This document shows positions 20,668 to 33,294 of a DNA stretch of 64,000 nt, piece by piece. The stretch is taken from assembly GCA_963814495.1 (NCBI GenBank), contig CAWFDJ010000032.1, positions 1,259 to 65,258 on the forward strand, read 5' to 3'. Source of the DNA: an uncultured bacterium. Lineage in GTDB: Bacteria; Actinomycetota; Geothermincolia; Geothermincolales; Geothermincolaceae. How positions within the stretch are numbered: the stretch's first letter is position 1; every line of letters begins with the position of its first letter. Position numbers and translations under genes: made by a program. Below the pieces are notes generated by a model. That model was given only the letters and a program-made list of their open reading frames with translations. It did not search any database and was not told the DNA's origin.

Positions 20668-23477
20668 TCAGGGCTCCAGGACGCCGATGGAGCAGGTCCC
20701 CCCGGTCCGGCCGTTCCAGTACATGGCCCGCTCGGCCACCACCGGGTATCCGAGGCTCGAGATCATCACCGACACGTCGGAGGAGTCGATGATGCTGTTG
20801 ACGTCCACCGAGACCCGGCTGAACGGAGGCAGGTAGCAGTATTCCTCGGCGGTCCCCCCGCCCGGCAGCATGAAGGTCAGGGTGGCCTGCACCTCCGTGT
20901 CGGTGGGGTTGGAGACGAGCACCCACTCCTCGAAACCCCAGGCGGTGGTGCCCTCGGCCAGGTACCACACCGTCGCGGGGGTCAGGCTGCCGGTGCTGGC
21001 GTGCCCCTCCACGCGGCCGTTCCAGTACATGGCGCGCTCGGCGATGACCGGGTCCGCGGCGTAGATGGAGGTGGAGACGTCCTCCGCCCCCACCACGTCA
21101 GCCACGTTCAGGGTGTAGCGGGTGTTGCCGGGCAGGGGCACCTCGAAGTCGGTGCCCTGTCCCTGCCCGTCCAGGAAGGAGAAGGTGACGGTGGTGGGCG
21201 TGGCGGACGGGTTCTGCACCAGCACGAACTCCTCGTAGCCCCAGGCGGTGGTGCCCTCGGCCAGGTACCAGGTGCGGGAGGGGGTGGTGGCCCCGATGGA
21301 GTCGTGCCCGCCGGAGCGGTCGTTCCAGTACATGGCGCGCTCGGTGATGACCGGCAGGTCGCTGGAGACGCGGACGGAGACATCGGTTGAGGGGACCACC
21401 TGGTTCAGGGGGACGGTGCGGCGGGTGGCGGGGCCACCTCCATCACGTAGGGGGTGACCGCCGAGCCGTCCGGCCGCATGAAGTCGAAGGTGACGTGGGC
21501 GGTCTGGCCCGCCCCGGGGTTGGGGTTCTGCACCAGCAGGTATTCCTCGAAGCCCCAGGCGGTGGTGCCCTCGGCCAGGTACCAGGTGGTGGAGGGCGCG
21601 TTCACCCCGATGGAATCGTGTCCGGCCTGCCTGTCGTTCCAGTACATGGACCTCTCCACGATGACCTCGCCGCCCGTCGACTCTACGTAGGTGGAGACGT
21701 CGCTCGGCGAGACCTCGGCGTTGAGGTGGATGGTGGTGCGGGAATCGCCCGGCAGGTCCAGGGGCGCCCGCACCTGGGGGCCGGTCGGCTTCATGTAAGT
21801 GATGTTCACGGTGACGGGGGCCGGGTTGGGGTTCTGGATCAGCACCCAGGTATCGAAGCCCCAGGCGGTGGTGCCCTCGGCCAGGTACCAGGTGGTCGGA
21901 GGGGCGCGGCTGGGAATCGTTGTAATAATAATAGGCTGATGCCGGAACCGCTGATACCGTCGGTATCCCAGGCCCTGACCTCCACCCGGTGCCCCCTCGC
22001 CGCTCAAGCGAGGAAGGTCGTAAGCCGGTGAAGGTGCGGGTGACGGGGCGTGTAGGGGACCGGTACGTCGTAGAAGTCCTTGAGGGCGCCGTCGACGTAG
22101 AGTTCCAGGCGCTGGATGTCGGTGGAGCGCAGGCTCTCGCGCGTAGGCGGTGACGTACCCCGTGGGCTCGAAGGTGTAGGGGGTGGGGCTCTGGATGGTC
22201 ACCTCGACGCGGGCCAGGGCCTCCATGACGTCCAGGCGGCCGAAGCCGTAGTACTCGTCCCAGCCCCCGTCGCCGAGGTCCTGGGCGTTGTCCCGCAGCG
22301 CCTCCCAGACCTGCTGGGTGGTGAGGGCGGGGTCGTCGGCCCAGACCAGCAGGGCCGCCCCGGCCACGTGGGGAGTGGCGATGGAGGTGCCCGTGGAGTA
22401 GCCGAACTCGTCGCCCGGCAGGACCACGGGGATGCCGGCGGTGCCGCCCCGGAATTCGCCCGGCGCCACCAGGTCCACGCTGGAGTTGTGGTTGGAGAAG
22501 CCGGAGTGCAGGTCGTCGACGTCCACCGAGCCCACCCCGATGACGTCCGGGTAGGCCGCCGGGTAATCGAGCTGGGTGCTCCCCTCGTTGCCCACCGCCG
22601 CCACCATCAGGCAGCCGGAGCTGACGGCGAAGCTGACGGCTGAGCGCACGTCGGGGTCGTCCTCGCTCGAAGGTGAAGCTCATGTTGACGATCGTCGGCC
22701 CCGTGACCGGCCGCGTAATAGACGGACTGGCTCACCGAGTCGGTGGTGCCCTCGCCGTGGGAGTTGAGCGCCTTCAGGGGCATGATCTTGCCGAACCAGG
22801 CCATCCCGGCCACCAGCGCGGCGTTGTCGGTGGCCGCGGCGGCCACGCTGGCCACCCCCGTCCCGTGGCCGTCGTCGTCTAAGGGGTCCGGGTCGTTGTT
22901 GTAGAAATCGTAGCCGGCGACGCAGCGGGAAGCGAACTCCACGCCGTCGTAGTCCAGGCCGGTGTCGATGACCGCCACGGTGAAGGCGTCGGAGCCGCGC
23001 TCCGAGTCCCAGGCCTCGTTGGCCCGCACCCGGCGCAGGTTCCACTGCTGCCCGTAGCGGGGGTCGTCGGGCGTGGTGTCCTGCGCGCGGTAGACCAGGT
23101 TGGGCTGCGCGGACCTCCACCATGGGCAGCCGGGACAGCAGCGAGCAGGCCTCCTCCACGTCCAGGCCCTCCCTCAGGGTCAGCTTGACCTGGGAAGGCA
23201 GGGGGAGCTCCTCCTGCAGGCGCTCAAGGCCCGCCGGGTCCAGGTCGGAAAGGAGGCCGGCGGCCGCATCCAGCAGCCACTCCAGGGAACCCCGCCATTC
23301 CCCGGAGAGCCTCACCACTATCTCGCCCGGCACGAAATCCCCGGCCTCCACGGAGGCGGCTCCCGCGGGTGCGGATGCCGCGGCGCGCGTCGCCGGCCCC
23401 GCCAGGCCCGCGGAGGCGAGCAGCACCATGGCTGTCACCGCCATTGTCGTGACCAGGTAGATGCTCCTGTTCTTCAA
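20668..23477 (-). CDS. Secreted S8 (subtilisin-family) serine peptidase with four C-terminal WYLAEG (DUF5719-like) repeats; frameshifted
   Basis: Catalytic triad motifs VAVIDTG, DDDGHGTGVAS, GTSIATPHVAG; signal peptide and propeptide (FVPGEIVV); ORFs 22607-23029, 21405-22649, 20668-22683; probable TTG start 23477. Confidence 0.88.
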
Positions 23478-23524
23478 CTCCGTCTCCCGTCCTTCCTGCG
23501 AGGCCGCCAAGAAGAGGCCTGACC

Positions 23525-24785
23525 CTAACTCGCGCCCTCCCTGGTGATATCGGCACCCAGGGCGGAAAGCTTCGTCTCCAGCCCCTCGTAGCCCCGGTCG
23601 ACGTGGTGGATGTCCCCCACCACCGTCTCCCCTTCGGCGGCCAGGCCCGCCAGCACCAGCGCGGCGCCGGCCCTCAGGTCGGAGGCGTAGACCTCCGCCC
23701 CGGTCAGCCTGCCCCCGCCGCGGATGATGGCGTGGTGCCCTTCGATGTTGATGTTGCAGCCCATGCGGTTGAGCTCGTCGACGAAGATGAAACGGCTCTC
23801 GAAGACGTTCTCGGTGAGCACGCTGGTGCCGCCGGCCAGGCTCAGGAGCACCATCATGGGGGGCTGCAGGTCGGTGGGGAACCCCGGGTAGGGCAGGGTG
23901 GCGATGTCGGCGGGGCGCAGGCCCGGGGCGGAACGCACCACGAAGGAGCTCTCGCCTTCCTCCACCTCCACCCCGATCTCCCGCAGCTTGTTCAGGAACA
24001 CCTGGAGGAAGAGGGGGTCGATGCCCGCCACCTCCACCTCGCCCCCGGCCATGGCCCCGGCCACCGCCATGGTGCCCGCCTCGATCCTGTCGCCCACCAC
24101 GCCGTACTCGGTGCCCCCGAGGGGATGCCCCCCCTCTATCTCCAGGGTGGGGGTGCCCGCTCCCTCGATGCAGGCTCCCATGCTGGCGAGGAAGGCCGCC
24201 AGGTCCTGTATCTCCGGCTCCCGCGCCGCGTTGTCGATGCGGGTGGACCCCTCGGCCGCCACCGCCGCCATCATCAGGTTCTCGGTGGCGCCGACGCTGG
24301 GGAAGCTCAGGGTGATGCCGGGTGCCCCGCAGGCGCGGGGCCCGGGCTTCGATGTAGCCGTGGGACAGTTCGATCTCCACCCCCATCTCGATCAGGCCCT
24401 TGAGGTGCAGGTCGATCTTGCGCGAGCCGATGTTGCAACCACCCGGCAGCGCCACCTCGGCCCGGCCGTGGCGGGCCAGCAGGGGGCCCAGGACGATGAT
24501 GGAGGCCCGCATCCTGCGCACCAGGGAATAGGGGGCCTGGTGGGTGGCCAGGTCGCTCGAGTCCAGGTCCAGGACGCCGCCGGAGAACTCCGCCCGCGCG
24601 CCGAGGTGGCGCAGCACGTCCATCATGATGCGGACGTCGCCGATGTCCGGCACGTTGGACACCCGGCAGGGCTGGTCGGTGAGGAGGCTGGCGGCCATCA
24701 GCTTCAAGGCCGAGTTCTTGGCCCCGCTGACCTTCACCGTCCCGCTCAGGGGGTTACCGCCCCGGATGACGAACCTGTCGCTCAT
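23525..24785 (-). CDS. murA: UDP-N-acetylglucosamine 1-carboxyvinyltransferase (frameshift at ~24320)
   Basis: SGAKNSAL, MRASI, LPGGCNIGSR, PGFPTDLQ, DLRAGAAL, RGYE motifs. Confidence 0.96.
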
Positions 24786-24896
24786 ATATATCTCCGTTTA
24801 TCTGCTGTAACGTCATGAATATTTTACACGTTAGACGGTGGTAACGGGGATGTGCAGGTGCCGGGGGTCAGGCCCGGATTCAGGCCGGGGCGGGGG

Positions 24897-25556
24897 TCAG
24901 CCGGTGAGCTTCTTCATACGCTCGGCTTCCTTGCGCTCCAGGGCCTTCTTGACCTTCTTGAGGCGGAAGATGTCCTCGCGGGCGCGCTCCTCCAGGCTCA
25001 TGTTGATGAACTTGATCTGCTCGTTATATTCGGGGATGACGATGTTCTCCAGGGCGTTGACCCGGCGGTTGGTCTTGCGCAGCTCCTCGCCCAGCCGCTT
25101 CAGGCGGGTCTCGATGTCCGCGCTCTCGATGATGACGTCGATGATCTCCTCGAACTTGTCGGCCACCCCGTCCACCCGGCTGGTCACCCCGGTGATGGCG
25201 TACCCGCGCTTGGTCAGGGAGCGCATGGAACTGGACCCCTTCCTGATCACCGGGATGGGCACGCCCATGACGTGGGTACCGGTGATGTCCACCAGGGCCT
25301 CGCCCGAGGAGGCGTAGGAAGCGGAACGGATGACCGGCCCCCCCTCCTTGGCCTTGGCCATGGACAACTCGAACTGCGCCTCCATGGTCACCCGCTCCAG
25401 GCGGAGGGAGAGGCGCATGGTCTCGTCGATGATGGGCATGAACTCCCGCAGCAGGGCGTCGCGCTTGCGCTTGAGCAGGTTCATGCCCTGGTCGGCCAGG
25501 AGCCGGCTGTCCTTGCGCTTGAGCAGCTCGCTGCGGGTGGGGTGGACCTGTTCCAT
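24897..25556 (-). CDS. ntpD: V/A-type ATP synthase subunit D
   Basis: PTRSEL, LLKRKRDAL, TNRRVNALE, EERAREDIFRLK. Confidence 0.95.
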   Translation of the reverse strand: MEQVHPTRSELLKRKDSRLLADQGMNLLKRKRDALLREFMPIIDETMRLSLRLERVTMEAQFELSMAKAKEGGPVIRSASYASSGEALVDITGTHVMGVPIPVIRKGSSSMRSLTKRGYAITGVTSRVDGVADKFEEIIDVIIESADIETRLKRLGEELRKTNRRVNALENIVIPEYNEQIKFINMSLEERAREDIFRLKKVKKALERKEAERMKKLTG

Positions 25557-25562
25557 GTTATG

Positions 25563-26972
25563 TTACGTCCTTACAGCGCCTTTGTCCGGGTTGTAGTACT
25601 TGTCGACGTATTCCGACTTGATGCGCTTGACCGTCTCCTTGGGCATCATGCTGATGAGGTCCCAGCCGATGGAGAGGGTCTGCTCCAGGTCGCGGTTCTC
25701 CTCCTTCTGGTCCAGGTAGTTCTGCTCGAAGGCGTCGGCGAACTTGAGCGCCATCCTGTCGACGTCGGTCAGGGCCTCCTCGCCCACGATGGCCACCAGC
25801 CGGCGCAGGTCCATGCCCTCGGCGAAGTAGGCGTAGAGCTGGTCGGCCACGCCGCGGTGGTCCGCCCGGGTCCGGCCTTCCCCGATGCCCAGGTTCATCA
25901 GGCGGGAGAGGCAGGGCAGCACGTCGATGCAGGGGAAGATGCCCTTGCGGTGCAGCTGGCGGGAGAGGACGATCTGCCCCTCGGTGATGTACCCGGTGAG
26001 GTCGGGGATGGGGTGGGTGATGTCGTCGTCGGGCATGGAGAGGATGGGCAGCTGGGTGACGGAGCCCTTCTTCCCCTTGATCCTGCCGGCCCGCTCGTAG
26101 ATGCTGGCGAGGTCGGTGTACATGTACCCGGGGTAGCCGCGCCGCCCCGGCACTTCCTCGCGCGCGGTGGAGATCTCGCGCAGGGCCTCGCAGTAGTTGG
26201 TCATGTCGGTGAGGATCACCAGCACCTGCATGTCCTGCTCGAAGGCCAGGTACTCGGCCACGGTCAGGGCGCAGCGCGGGGTCTGCAGGCGCTCGACGGT
26301 GGGGTCGTCGGCCAGGTTCATGAAGAAGACCACCCGCTCCAGGGCGCCCGACTTGGCGAAGCTGTCCTGGAAGAAGGAGGCCTCGCGGCGGGTGATGCCC
26401 ATGGCCGCGAAGACGATGGCGAACTCCTCGCCCCCGATGATCTTGGCGTTCTTGACGATGAGGGCGGCCAGCTCGTTGCCGGGCAGGCCGGAGCCGGAGA
26501 AGATGGGGAGCTTCTGCCCGCGCACCAGGGTGTTGAGGCCGTCGATGGCGCAGATGCCGGTCTGGATGAAGTCGCGGGGTTCGTCCCGGCTCCAGGGGTT
26601 GATGGGGGCACCGATGATCTCCCGCTCCTCCTCGGCGAAGATCTCCGGGCCGCCGTCCCGCGGCTGGCCCAGGCCGTTGAGCACGCGGCCCAGCAGGTTG
26701 ATGCTGCAGGGCATCTTGGCCACCTCGCCGGTGAAGCGCACGCTGGTCTGCTTGGTGTCCAGCCCCGCCGTGGGGCCGAAGACCTGGACCACCGCCATCT
26801 CTCCCGCGATCTCGATGACCTTACCGTACTTGGTGCTCCCGTCCACGGAATGGATCTCCACCATCTCGTCGTAGGAGGCCCCCTTCACCTTGCTGACGAA
26901 GAGCAGGGGTCCGGCCACCTCCCCGATGGTCTGGTAGTCCGTAGTCGCCAGGGTCACGGATTCTTGCGCCAT
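25563..26972 (-). CDS. ntpB: V/A-type ATP synthase subunit B
   Basis: [46 protein letters not shown]. Confidence 0.97.
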   Translation of the reverse strand: MAQESVTLATTDYQTIGEVAGPLLFVSKVKGASYDEMVEIHSVDGSTKYGKVIEIAGEMAVVQVFGPTAGLDTKQTSVRFTGEVAKMPCSINLLGRVLNGLGQPRDGGPEIFAEEEREIIGAPINPWSRDEPRDFIQTGICAIDGLNTLVRGQKLPIFSGSGLPGNELAALIVKNAKIIGGEEFAIVFAAMGITRREASFFQDSFAKSGALERVVFFMNLADDPTVERLQTPRCALTVAEYLAFEQDMQVLVILTDMTNYCEALREISTAREEVPGRRGYPGYMYTDLASIYERAGRIKGKKGSVTQLPILSMPDDDITHPIPDLTGYITEGQIVLSRQLHRKGIFPCIDVLPCLSRLMNLGIGEGRTRADHRGVADQLYAYFAEGMDLRRLVAIVGEEALTDVDRMALKFADAFEQNYLDQKEENRDLEQTLSIGWDLISMMPKETVKRIKSEYVDKYYNPDKGAVRT

Positions 26973-26994
26973 AATAATCTCTCCCGTTATCTCT

Positions 26995-28743
26995 CTACCA
27001 CTCGCTCAGGGAGCGCAGTTCCGTCTGGACGCGCTCGATGAGGTCGGTCAGCTTCTCCTCCGCCTGCTCCGAGGGGATCTCCTTCATGCGGGCGATCTCG
27101 TTCTTGATGGGATGCTCGGTGACCTGGCGCAGGGAGACCCCGTGCACCAGCGCTTCCTCCAGCCCGCCGTAATAAGTGAGGATGACCTTGAGCATCAGGT
27201 ACTGCTTGCGCAGGGAACAGAAGGCGTCGGTATCCGAGAAGGCGAACTGCTGGAGGAAGTCCTCGCGCAGCAGCCGCGTGGTCTCCAGGACCGCCTTGGC
27301 GAAGTCGGGCAGGGCGTCCGGCCCGACCAGCTGCACGATCTCCTGCAGTTCCACTTCCTTCTGGAGCAGGCTCATGGCCTGGTCCCGCAGTTCCTTCCAG
27401 TCCTCGGCCACGTTCTTGGCGTACCAGTCCTTGATCTGCTCCATGTACAGGGTATAGCTCTTCAGCCAGCTGATGGCCGGGAAGTGGCGGCGGTGGGCCA
27501 GGGAGGTGTCCAGGGCCCAGAAGGCGCCGGTGATGCGCAGCGAGTTCTGGGTCATGGGCTCGGAGAAGTCGCCGCCGGGCGGGGAGACCGCGCCGATGGC
27601 GGTGATGGAGCCGACCCGGTCGTCCTCGCCCAGGCAGACCGCGCGGCCGCAGCGCTCGTAGAAGTCGGCCAGGCGGGTGGCCAGGTAGGCGGGGTAGCCC
27701 TCCTCGCCGGGCATCTCCTCCAGGCGGCCGGAGACCTCGCGCAGGGCCTCGCCCCAGCGGGAGGTGGAGTCGGCCATCATGGCCACGTTGTATCCCATGT
27801 CCCGGTAGTACTCGGCCAGGGTGATGCCGGTGTAGATGGAGGCCTCGCGGGCCGCCACCGGCATGTTGGAGGTGTTGGCCACCAGGATGGTGCGCTGCAT
27901 CAGGGGGACGCCGGTCTTGGGGTCGATGAGGCTGGGGAACTCCGCCAGCACCTCGGTCATCTCGTTGCCGCGCTCCCCGCAGCCCACGTAGATGACGATG
28001 TCCGCGTCCGCCCACTTGGCCAGGGTCTGCTCGGTGACGGTCTTGCCGGTGCCGAAGCCGCCCGGGATGATGCTGTATCCGCCCTGGGCGATGGGGAAGA
28101 AGGTGTCCAGGATGCGGGTGCCGGTGATGAAGGGGAGGTTGGGGTTCTCCTTCTTCTGCACCGGGCGGGGCACCCGGGCGGGCCAGGTCTGCATCAGCCC
28201 GATCTCGGAGCCGTTCTCCAGCCTGCATACCTTCTCTACTACGGTGAACTCCCCCTCCTTGATCTCGGCCACCTTGCCCGAGACGCCGGGCGGGACCATG
28301 ATCTTGTGGGAGATGTGCTGGGTCTCGGCCACCTCTCCGACGACGTCGCCCTCCCGCACCTCGTCCCCCACCTCGACGGTCGGGGTGAACTCCCACTTAC
28401 GCTCGCGGGGCAGGGCCACGGTGGTGACGCCGCGCAGGATGAAGTCCCCGTGGTCCTCCGAGATGTCCACCAGGCGCCGCTGGACGCCGTCGTAGATGGA
28501 GGAGAGCAGCCCGGGGCCCAGCTCGATGAGGAGGGGCTCCTCCATGCACACGGCGCTCTCGCCCACCTTCAGCCCGGAGGTGTCCTCGTACACCTGGACG
28601 ATGGCCACGTCGCCGTCCAGGCGGACGATCTCGCCGATGAGGCCGAGGTCGCCGACCTTGGTGATGTCGTACATCTTGCCGCCGGACATGCCGTCCACGT
28701 TGACCACCGGTCCGGACACTTTAACGATGGTTCCCTCGATCAT
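26995..28743 (-). CDS. ntpA: V/A-type ATP synthase subunit A
   Basis: P-loop [30 protein letters not shown]. Confidence 0.97.
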   Translation of the reverse strand: MIEGTIVKVSGPVVNVDGMSGGKMYDITKVGDLGLIGEIVRLDGDVAIVQVYEDTSGLKVGESAVCMEEPLLIELGPGLLSSIYDGVQRRLVDISEDHGDFILRGVTTVALPRERKWEFTPTVEVGDEVREGDVVGEVAETQHISHKIMVPPGVSGKVAEIKEGEFTVVEKVCRLENGSEIGLMQTWPARVPRPVQKKENPNLPFITGTRILDTFFPIAQGGYSIIPGGFGTGKTVTEQTLAKWADADIVIYVGCGERGNEMTEVLAEFPSLIDPKTGVPLMQRTILVANTSNMPVAAREASIYTGITLAEYYRDMGYNVAMMADSTSRWGEALREVSGRLEEMPGEEGYPAYLATRLADFYERCGRAVCLGEDDRVGSITAIGAVSPPGGDFSEPMTQNSLRITGAFWALDTSLAHRRHFPAISWLKSYTLYMEQIKDWYAKNVAEDWKELRDQAMSLLQKEVELQEIVQLVGPDALPDFAKAVLETTRLLREDFLQQFAFSDTDAFCSLRKQYLMLKVILTYYGGLEEALVHGVSLRQVTEHPIKNEIARMKEIPSEQAEEKLTDLIERVQTELRSLSEW

Positions 28744-28744
28744 C

Positions 28745-29086
28745 TTATTCTCCTTGACTTCCCTTCAGCGTTATATCGAATCCCACGGCGCGGTGGATGA
28801 GGCGGGCCAGGTAGGCCCGGCGCTCGCCGGCCATCTCGATGCTCTCCTTCACCGGCAGCGGGATCACTATGGGCCGGTAGATGCTGTCTATCTTCTCCAC
28901 CGTCTTCTCGTCCAGCTCGTAGTAGTAACTCTCGTTGATCGCCAGGATGCCCGCGTCGGGGCTGTCCAGCAGGTGCCTCACCTGCTCGCGCGCCGACTCC
29001 GGGGAGTCCACGCTGATAACGTTGACCCCCGCGAAGCGGAACCCGTCCGCCGTCTCCGGATCCGTTATCACGATCACCTTGTACAT
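28745..29086 (-). CDS. ntpF: V/A-type ATP synthase subunit F
   Basis: [17 protein letters not shown]-terminal RAVGFDI; position in operon. Confidence 0.92.
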   Translation of the reverse strand: MYKVIVITDPETADGFRFAGVNVISVDSPESAREQVRHLLDSPDAGILAINESYYYELDEKTVEKIDSIYRPIVIPLPVKESIEMAGERRAYLARLIHRAVGFDITLKGSQGE

Positions 29087-29122
29087 CTCTTAAACGTTCT
29101 CCTCGGTCCCGGTTGCCTGGGA

Positions 29123-30220
29123 TCAACCCGACTTGGCCGCGGGCTCCCTTTCCAGGTCGATCAGCTCCTTGCGGATCTGCGACTCGATCATGCCGATGCT
29201 CTTGCCTCGCATGATCACGCGCAGGTTGGCCACCTCCATGTACTTGCGCCACATGTACTTGATGATCACCCCGATATCCAGGGGGTTGTCGTCCAGCCGG
29301 ATGGCCGTGCGGATCATCAGCTTGTCCAGCTCGTCCTGGAAGATGCCGTAGCCCTTCTCGTCCAGGTCGCCCATGGCCGCGGCCAGCACTTCCCGGAAGG
29401 GCCCGGTCGACAACTCACTGACCACCGCTTCCTCGTCCTTGGCCCCGGCGATGCGCGTGAACACCCCGAACTGCATGTCTCCCCCGGGCAGGTAATACTC
29501 CTTCAGCTGCTCCCGGTCGTAACTCTGCCCGCTCAGGCGCAGCAGGGTGACGTGGTTGATGCCGTCGATGTCCAGCTTGATCATCCTGGAGACCTTCTGG
29601 CTGGAGGAATCCTTGCCTTCCGCTTCCTCCGACACCTCCGCGTAATGCATCCGGTCCATGGCCAGCTCCAGGATGGCCAGGTCGTGCTCGTGGAAGTAGT
29701 CGTGCAGCTTGCTGTTGACGGCCGTGCCGTACCTGATGCGCCAGCCGCGCCCGAACATGACCATGGCGTCCACGCTGGCGCGGAAATCGGGCTGGTTGAC
29801 GATCTCCTCCAGCGTCACCTCGTCCAGGTCTCCCATGGGCACCAGGGCGCGGATGATCTCGCTGTTGGGGATGAGCGCCTGCTTGCCGCGGAGGATGGTC
29901 TTCAGGTTGTAAAGGTCCCACCTCGCCAGCAGGGTGCGCACCAGGTCGTGGGGACGGCCCTCGAAGAAGTTCCTGATGCTGGTGAACTCCTTGACCATGT
30001 TGCGGTTGAAGGCGCGGTCCACCACGGTAGGGTGCAGCCCCTCGATGACGGCTTCCTCGATGTAGGGGCCGTACTGGGTATCGTCGAGCTCGCTTAGGAA
30101 ATGGTTCAGGTCCTTCGCGGCGAGCAGGGCGTCGAACTTGATGGCGTCGAGCAGCCGCCCGCTCATCGCCTTCACCCTGGCATTGCCGTACGCGTAGTCT
30201 TTAAGTGGAACTTGACCCAT
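29123..30220 (-). CDS. ntpC: V/A-type ATP synthase subunit C (d/AC39)
   Basis: YAYGNARVKAM, DLYNLKTILRGK, EVANLRVIMRGK. Confidence 0.93.
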   Translation of the reverse strand: MGQVPLKDYAYGNARVKAMSGRLLDAIKFDALLAAKDLNHFLSELDDTQYGPYIEEAVIEGLHPTVVDRAFNRNMVKEFTSIRNFFEGRPHDLVRTLLARWDLYNLKTILRGKQALIPNSEIIRALVPMGDLDEVTLEEIVNQPDFRASVDAMVMFGRGWRIRYGTAVNSKLHDYFHEHDLAILELAMDRMHYAEVSEEAEGKDSSSQKVSRMIKLDIDGINHVTLLRLSGQSYDREQLKEYYLPGGDMQFGVFTRIAGAKDEEAVVSELSTGPFREVLAAAMGDLDEKGYGIFQDELDKLMIRTAIRLDDNPLDIGVIIKYMWRKYMEVANLRVIMRGKSIGMIESQIRKELIDLEREPAAKSG

Positions 30221-30266
30221 TATCGCGGCCGCTCTCTCCTCTTCTCAACTATGTTTCGTATTATGT

Positions 30267-30878
30267 TCAGGTCTGGACGGATGTCAGGCCCCGCTCCATA
30301 TCCCCGAAGAGGATATCGGCTATCTCCAGCTTCATGCGCTCCAGGGCCCGCTTCAGCCGCTCGTCGAAGGTGTTGACGATGTGGACGCGGTCTTCCCGGT
30401 CCGAGACCATCACCCCGCCCGAGCACTGGAGATCGGCGATGACCGGCAACTCCAGCCCTTTCTGGCTGAGCACCCGCCGGGCCAGTTCCTCGTCCCGCGG
30501 GTCCACGTGGACCACCCCTTCTCCCCCGATACGGGAGAGCGCCTCGTCGATCAGGCCCCCGAGGACTTCGGGGTAATCCGCTTTGTCGCGCAGTCCGGCG
30601 GTGCTTTCCTGGGCCAGCCGGAACGCCTCTTCCAGCACCGATTCCTTGGCCTTGATGACCAGGTTCTTGGCCTTCAGCCGCGCGGAGTAGAACATGCCCG
30701 CCTTCTCGTTGGCCGCCTCCATCTGGATCTTCTCCAGCTTGGCGTCGCGGATACCCTCGACCTCCACCTTGACCTTGGCCAGGATGTCGTCTACTTCCGT
30801 CTGGGCTTCTCCGAAGATGGACTGGCACTCCTCGCGACACTGTTCGTCCAGGGCCTGCAAGATGTCCTCTATTGACAT
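30267..30878 (-). CDS. ntpE: V/A-type ATP synthase subunit E
   Basis: N-terminal coiled coil, GGVMV...VNTFDERL; position in operon. Confidence 0.9.
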   Translation of the reverse strand: MSIEDILQALDEQCREECQSIFGEAQTEVDDILAKVKVEVEGIRDAKLEKIQMEAANEKAGMFYSARLKAKNLVIKAKESVLEEAFRLAQESTAGLRDKADYPEVLGGLIDEALSRIGGEGVVHVDPRDEELARRVLSQKGLELPVIADLQCSGGVMVSDREDRVHIVNTFDERLKRALERMKLEIADILFGDMERGLTSVQT

Positions 30879-30955
30879 AGGTTCACTTCCTAGGCGTTTT
30901 CGTTACGAGCACGGCGGTTCCTTGCGGCAACGCCGTCCCCGCGTATTCCTCCGTC

Positions 30956-31186
30956 TTATTCAGGCTTTAGTCCGATGACCAGGAAGGCGATAACGAATCC
31001 CAGTACCACCATTGTTTCGGGGATGGCGATGAGGATGATGGCGGTACCTGTCAGTTCGGGTTTCTCCGCCAGGGTCCCCGCCATGGCCGCACCGATCTTC
31101 GACTGAGAAATTCCGGTCGCCAGCGCTGGGAGCCCGATCGCCAAGGCTGCGCCTATTGCGATGAGTCCTACTTCCAAGCTATTCAC
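30956..31186 (-). CDS. ntpK: V/A-type ATP synthase subunit K (c-ring proteolipid, single hairpin); true start may be TTG at 31177
   Basis: Two TM helices, GAAMAGTLAEKPE loop, IAIPETMVVLG with the ion-carrying Glu. Confidence 0.93.
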   Translation of the reverse strand: MNSLEVGLIAIGAALAIGLPALATGISQSKIGAAMAGTLAEKPELTGTAIILIAIPETMVVLGFVIAFLVIGLKPE

Positions 31187-33200
31187 CTCCTGTTTTTTTG
31201 AACGGATCGTATTCTTCCTCAGATTCCTGATAGAACTTGTTGAACGTCTCGACCAGGTTGAGACGCAAGGACTGGATGGACGGGCTGAGCACGCCCAATG
31301 CCAGGTTCAGCGTATGCAGCAGCGGCGGCCACGAGGATGCCGACGGGTATCAGCCACCCGCCGAACTCCGCCGCCAGCTCGTTGGCCACGTCGGCCATGA
31401 TCACCGAGGCCAGGGCGATGCCGTAGAGTCGGGCGTAGCTCAGGATGTTGCCGAAGATGAGCACCGCCTCGATACCGCCGCCGAAACCACCCCCGTAAGC
31501 CCCCAATCCGACTCCGATGATGGCGATGAACACCCCGACCAGGGCGCCGGCCTGGACCTTGTACGCCCAGACGAAGAAGAGGGCCACGGCTATGCCCAGG
31601 ATGACCATGAGCCAGCCTATCTTCTCGATGGCATGCTTCCGTTCACCTTCGCGCAACCTGTCGATGATGCCGATGATCAGGCCCAGGCTCATCTGGACGG
31701 CGCCGATGACCATCACCACGATGAGCAGCAGCTTGAACATGTCCTTGTTGACTCTGGGCGGCCCGCTCGATGGGCCATCCCCAGTCCTTGCCGTTGGCGG
31801 TGTCCCCAACTACTATGACCGGGTTGAAGTACTCTACGCCTGCCGCGTCGTGCCCTAGATGTTGAATGCCTTGAGCAGGAGGTTGCCGAAGAACTCCAGG
31901 TAGAGAAGCCGAAGAAGAAGGCACTTATCGATGATATCAGCAGGACGTTGGCGAAGAGGGACATGATGCACTTCTCCTTGCCGTTCTTCTTGATCCAGCG
32001 TTTCATGAAGTAGACGCCGGCCATGAGCACCAGGGCGTAGCCCATGTCGCCGAGCATGAAGCCGAAGAGCAGGGGGAAGAAGATGGCGACGATGAAGGTG
32101 GGGTCGATGGCGCCGTACTTGGGCCGGCGCACCAGGATGTAGATGAACTCGAAGGGCTTGATGACGGGGTTGTTGCGCAGCTCCACCGGGGCCGACTCCA
32201 TCTCCTCGTGGCTGACGGCCTCCTCGGTCAGCTCCACCTTCCCCTGGAATTTCTGCTCCAGGGTGCGGCGGGTCTCGTTGACCTTGTCGGACGGCATCCA
32301 GCCGGTGATGACGAAGACGTGGCCGCTCTGGCCGAACTTGGGGATGGCGTCGATGGAGGTTATCCTGTCGGCCAGGTACTCCTTGAGGGCCAGCAGCTGC
32401 ACGTACCACTTGTCGGAGATCTCGTCGATCTCCTTCTGCACCTTGGCCAGCTGGGGCGGCAGCTCCTTGAACCTGGCCTCGATCTCCTGCAGGGCCTCGT
32501 CGTAGGGCTTGTCGGCCAGTTCCGAGGGGAGGCGCACCTGGTTGACGTTCTCGGCCGCCAGGAAGTTGTGCACCTGCTCGGAGTAGAGCTTGTTGAAGAT
32601 GACGATGGCCGCGTAGGTCTCTTCGTCCACGCGGGCGGTGTGGATCTCGCACTGCTTGTTGGTGATCTTGTCCAGTTCGTCCTTGATGTAGTCGAGTACC
32701 GCCGCGTATTTCTTCTCTACCAGCAGGGCGATGGAGGTGTAGTGCTCGGAGGTGGTGACCTGGCTGGCCAGGGGGTAGACCTTCTTGATGATGGGCTCGT
32801 ACTTGGAGAGGCGGGACATCTCCACTTCCAGCTCCTGCTTCTGGCTGATGAGGCCCTTGAGGGAGGCTTCCTCCTCCTCGACCAGGCCGGAGATCTCCTC
32901 GAGCTTCCTGCCGCTGTAGTTGTTGTACTGCTCCTTGACGGCGCTCTGCCTGACCCGCTCGGCCGGCGGAGTAAGCTCGCCCAGGATGGCGTTGTTGCGC
33001 ATGGCCAGGTTCTGCAGGCGGCCCTTTTCCTCCTCCATGGCCGGGTCCATCTCCATGGGTATCAGGGTGGCGTAGCGGGGCCCCTGTTTCTTGGAGATGT
33101 CCTCCAGGTGCAGGATCCCCATGTCCTGCAGCGTCTCGAGGACGTCGAAGAAGAGATCCTTGATCCCCACGATCTCGACTTTTGCCATTTTTACAAGCAT
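31179..33200 (-). CDS. ntpI: V/A-type ATP synthase subunit I (a); frameshifted
   Basis: MLVKMAKVEIVG start, PKYGAIDPT, FGFMLGDMGY, NILSYARLYG, SLRLNLVETFNKFY...YDPFKKTGGE* ending at 31179. Confidence 0.93.
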
Positions 33201-33294
33201 ATGTTATCCCCTTCTCGATCCAGAACCCTTCGGCAGATGCTCAGTAATGACTTATGGCTTGATCTTTCAGGAATGTCATTTTCGGTAACGCGGC

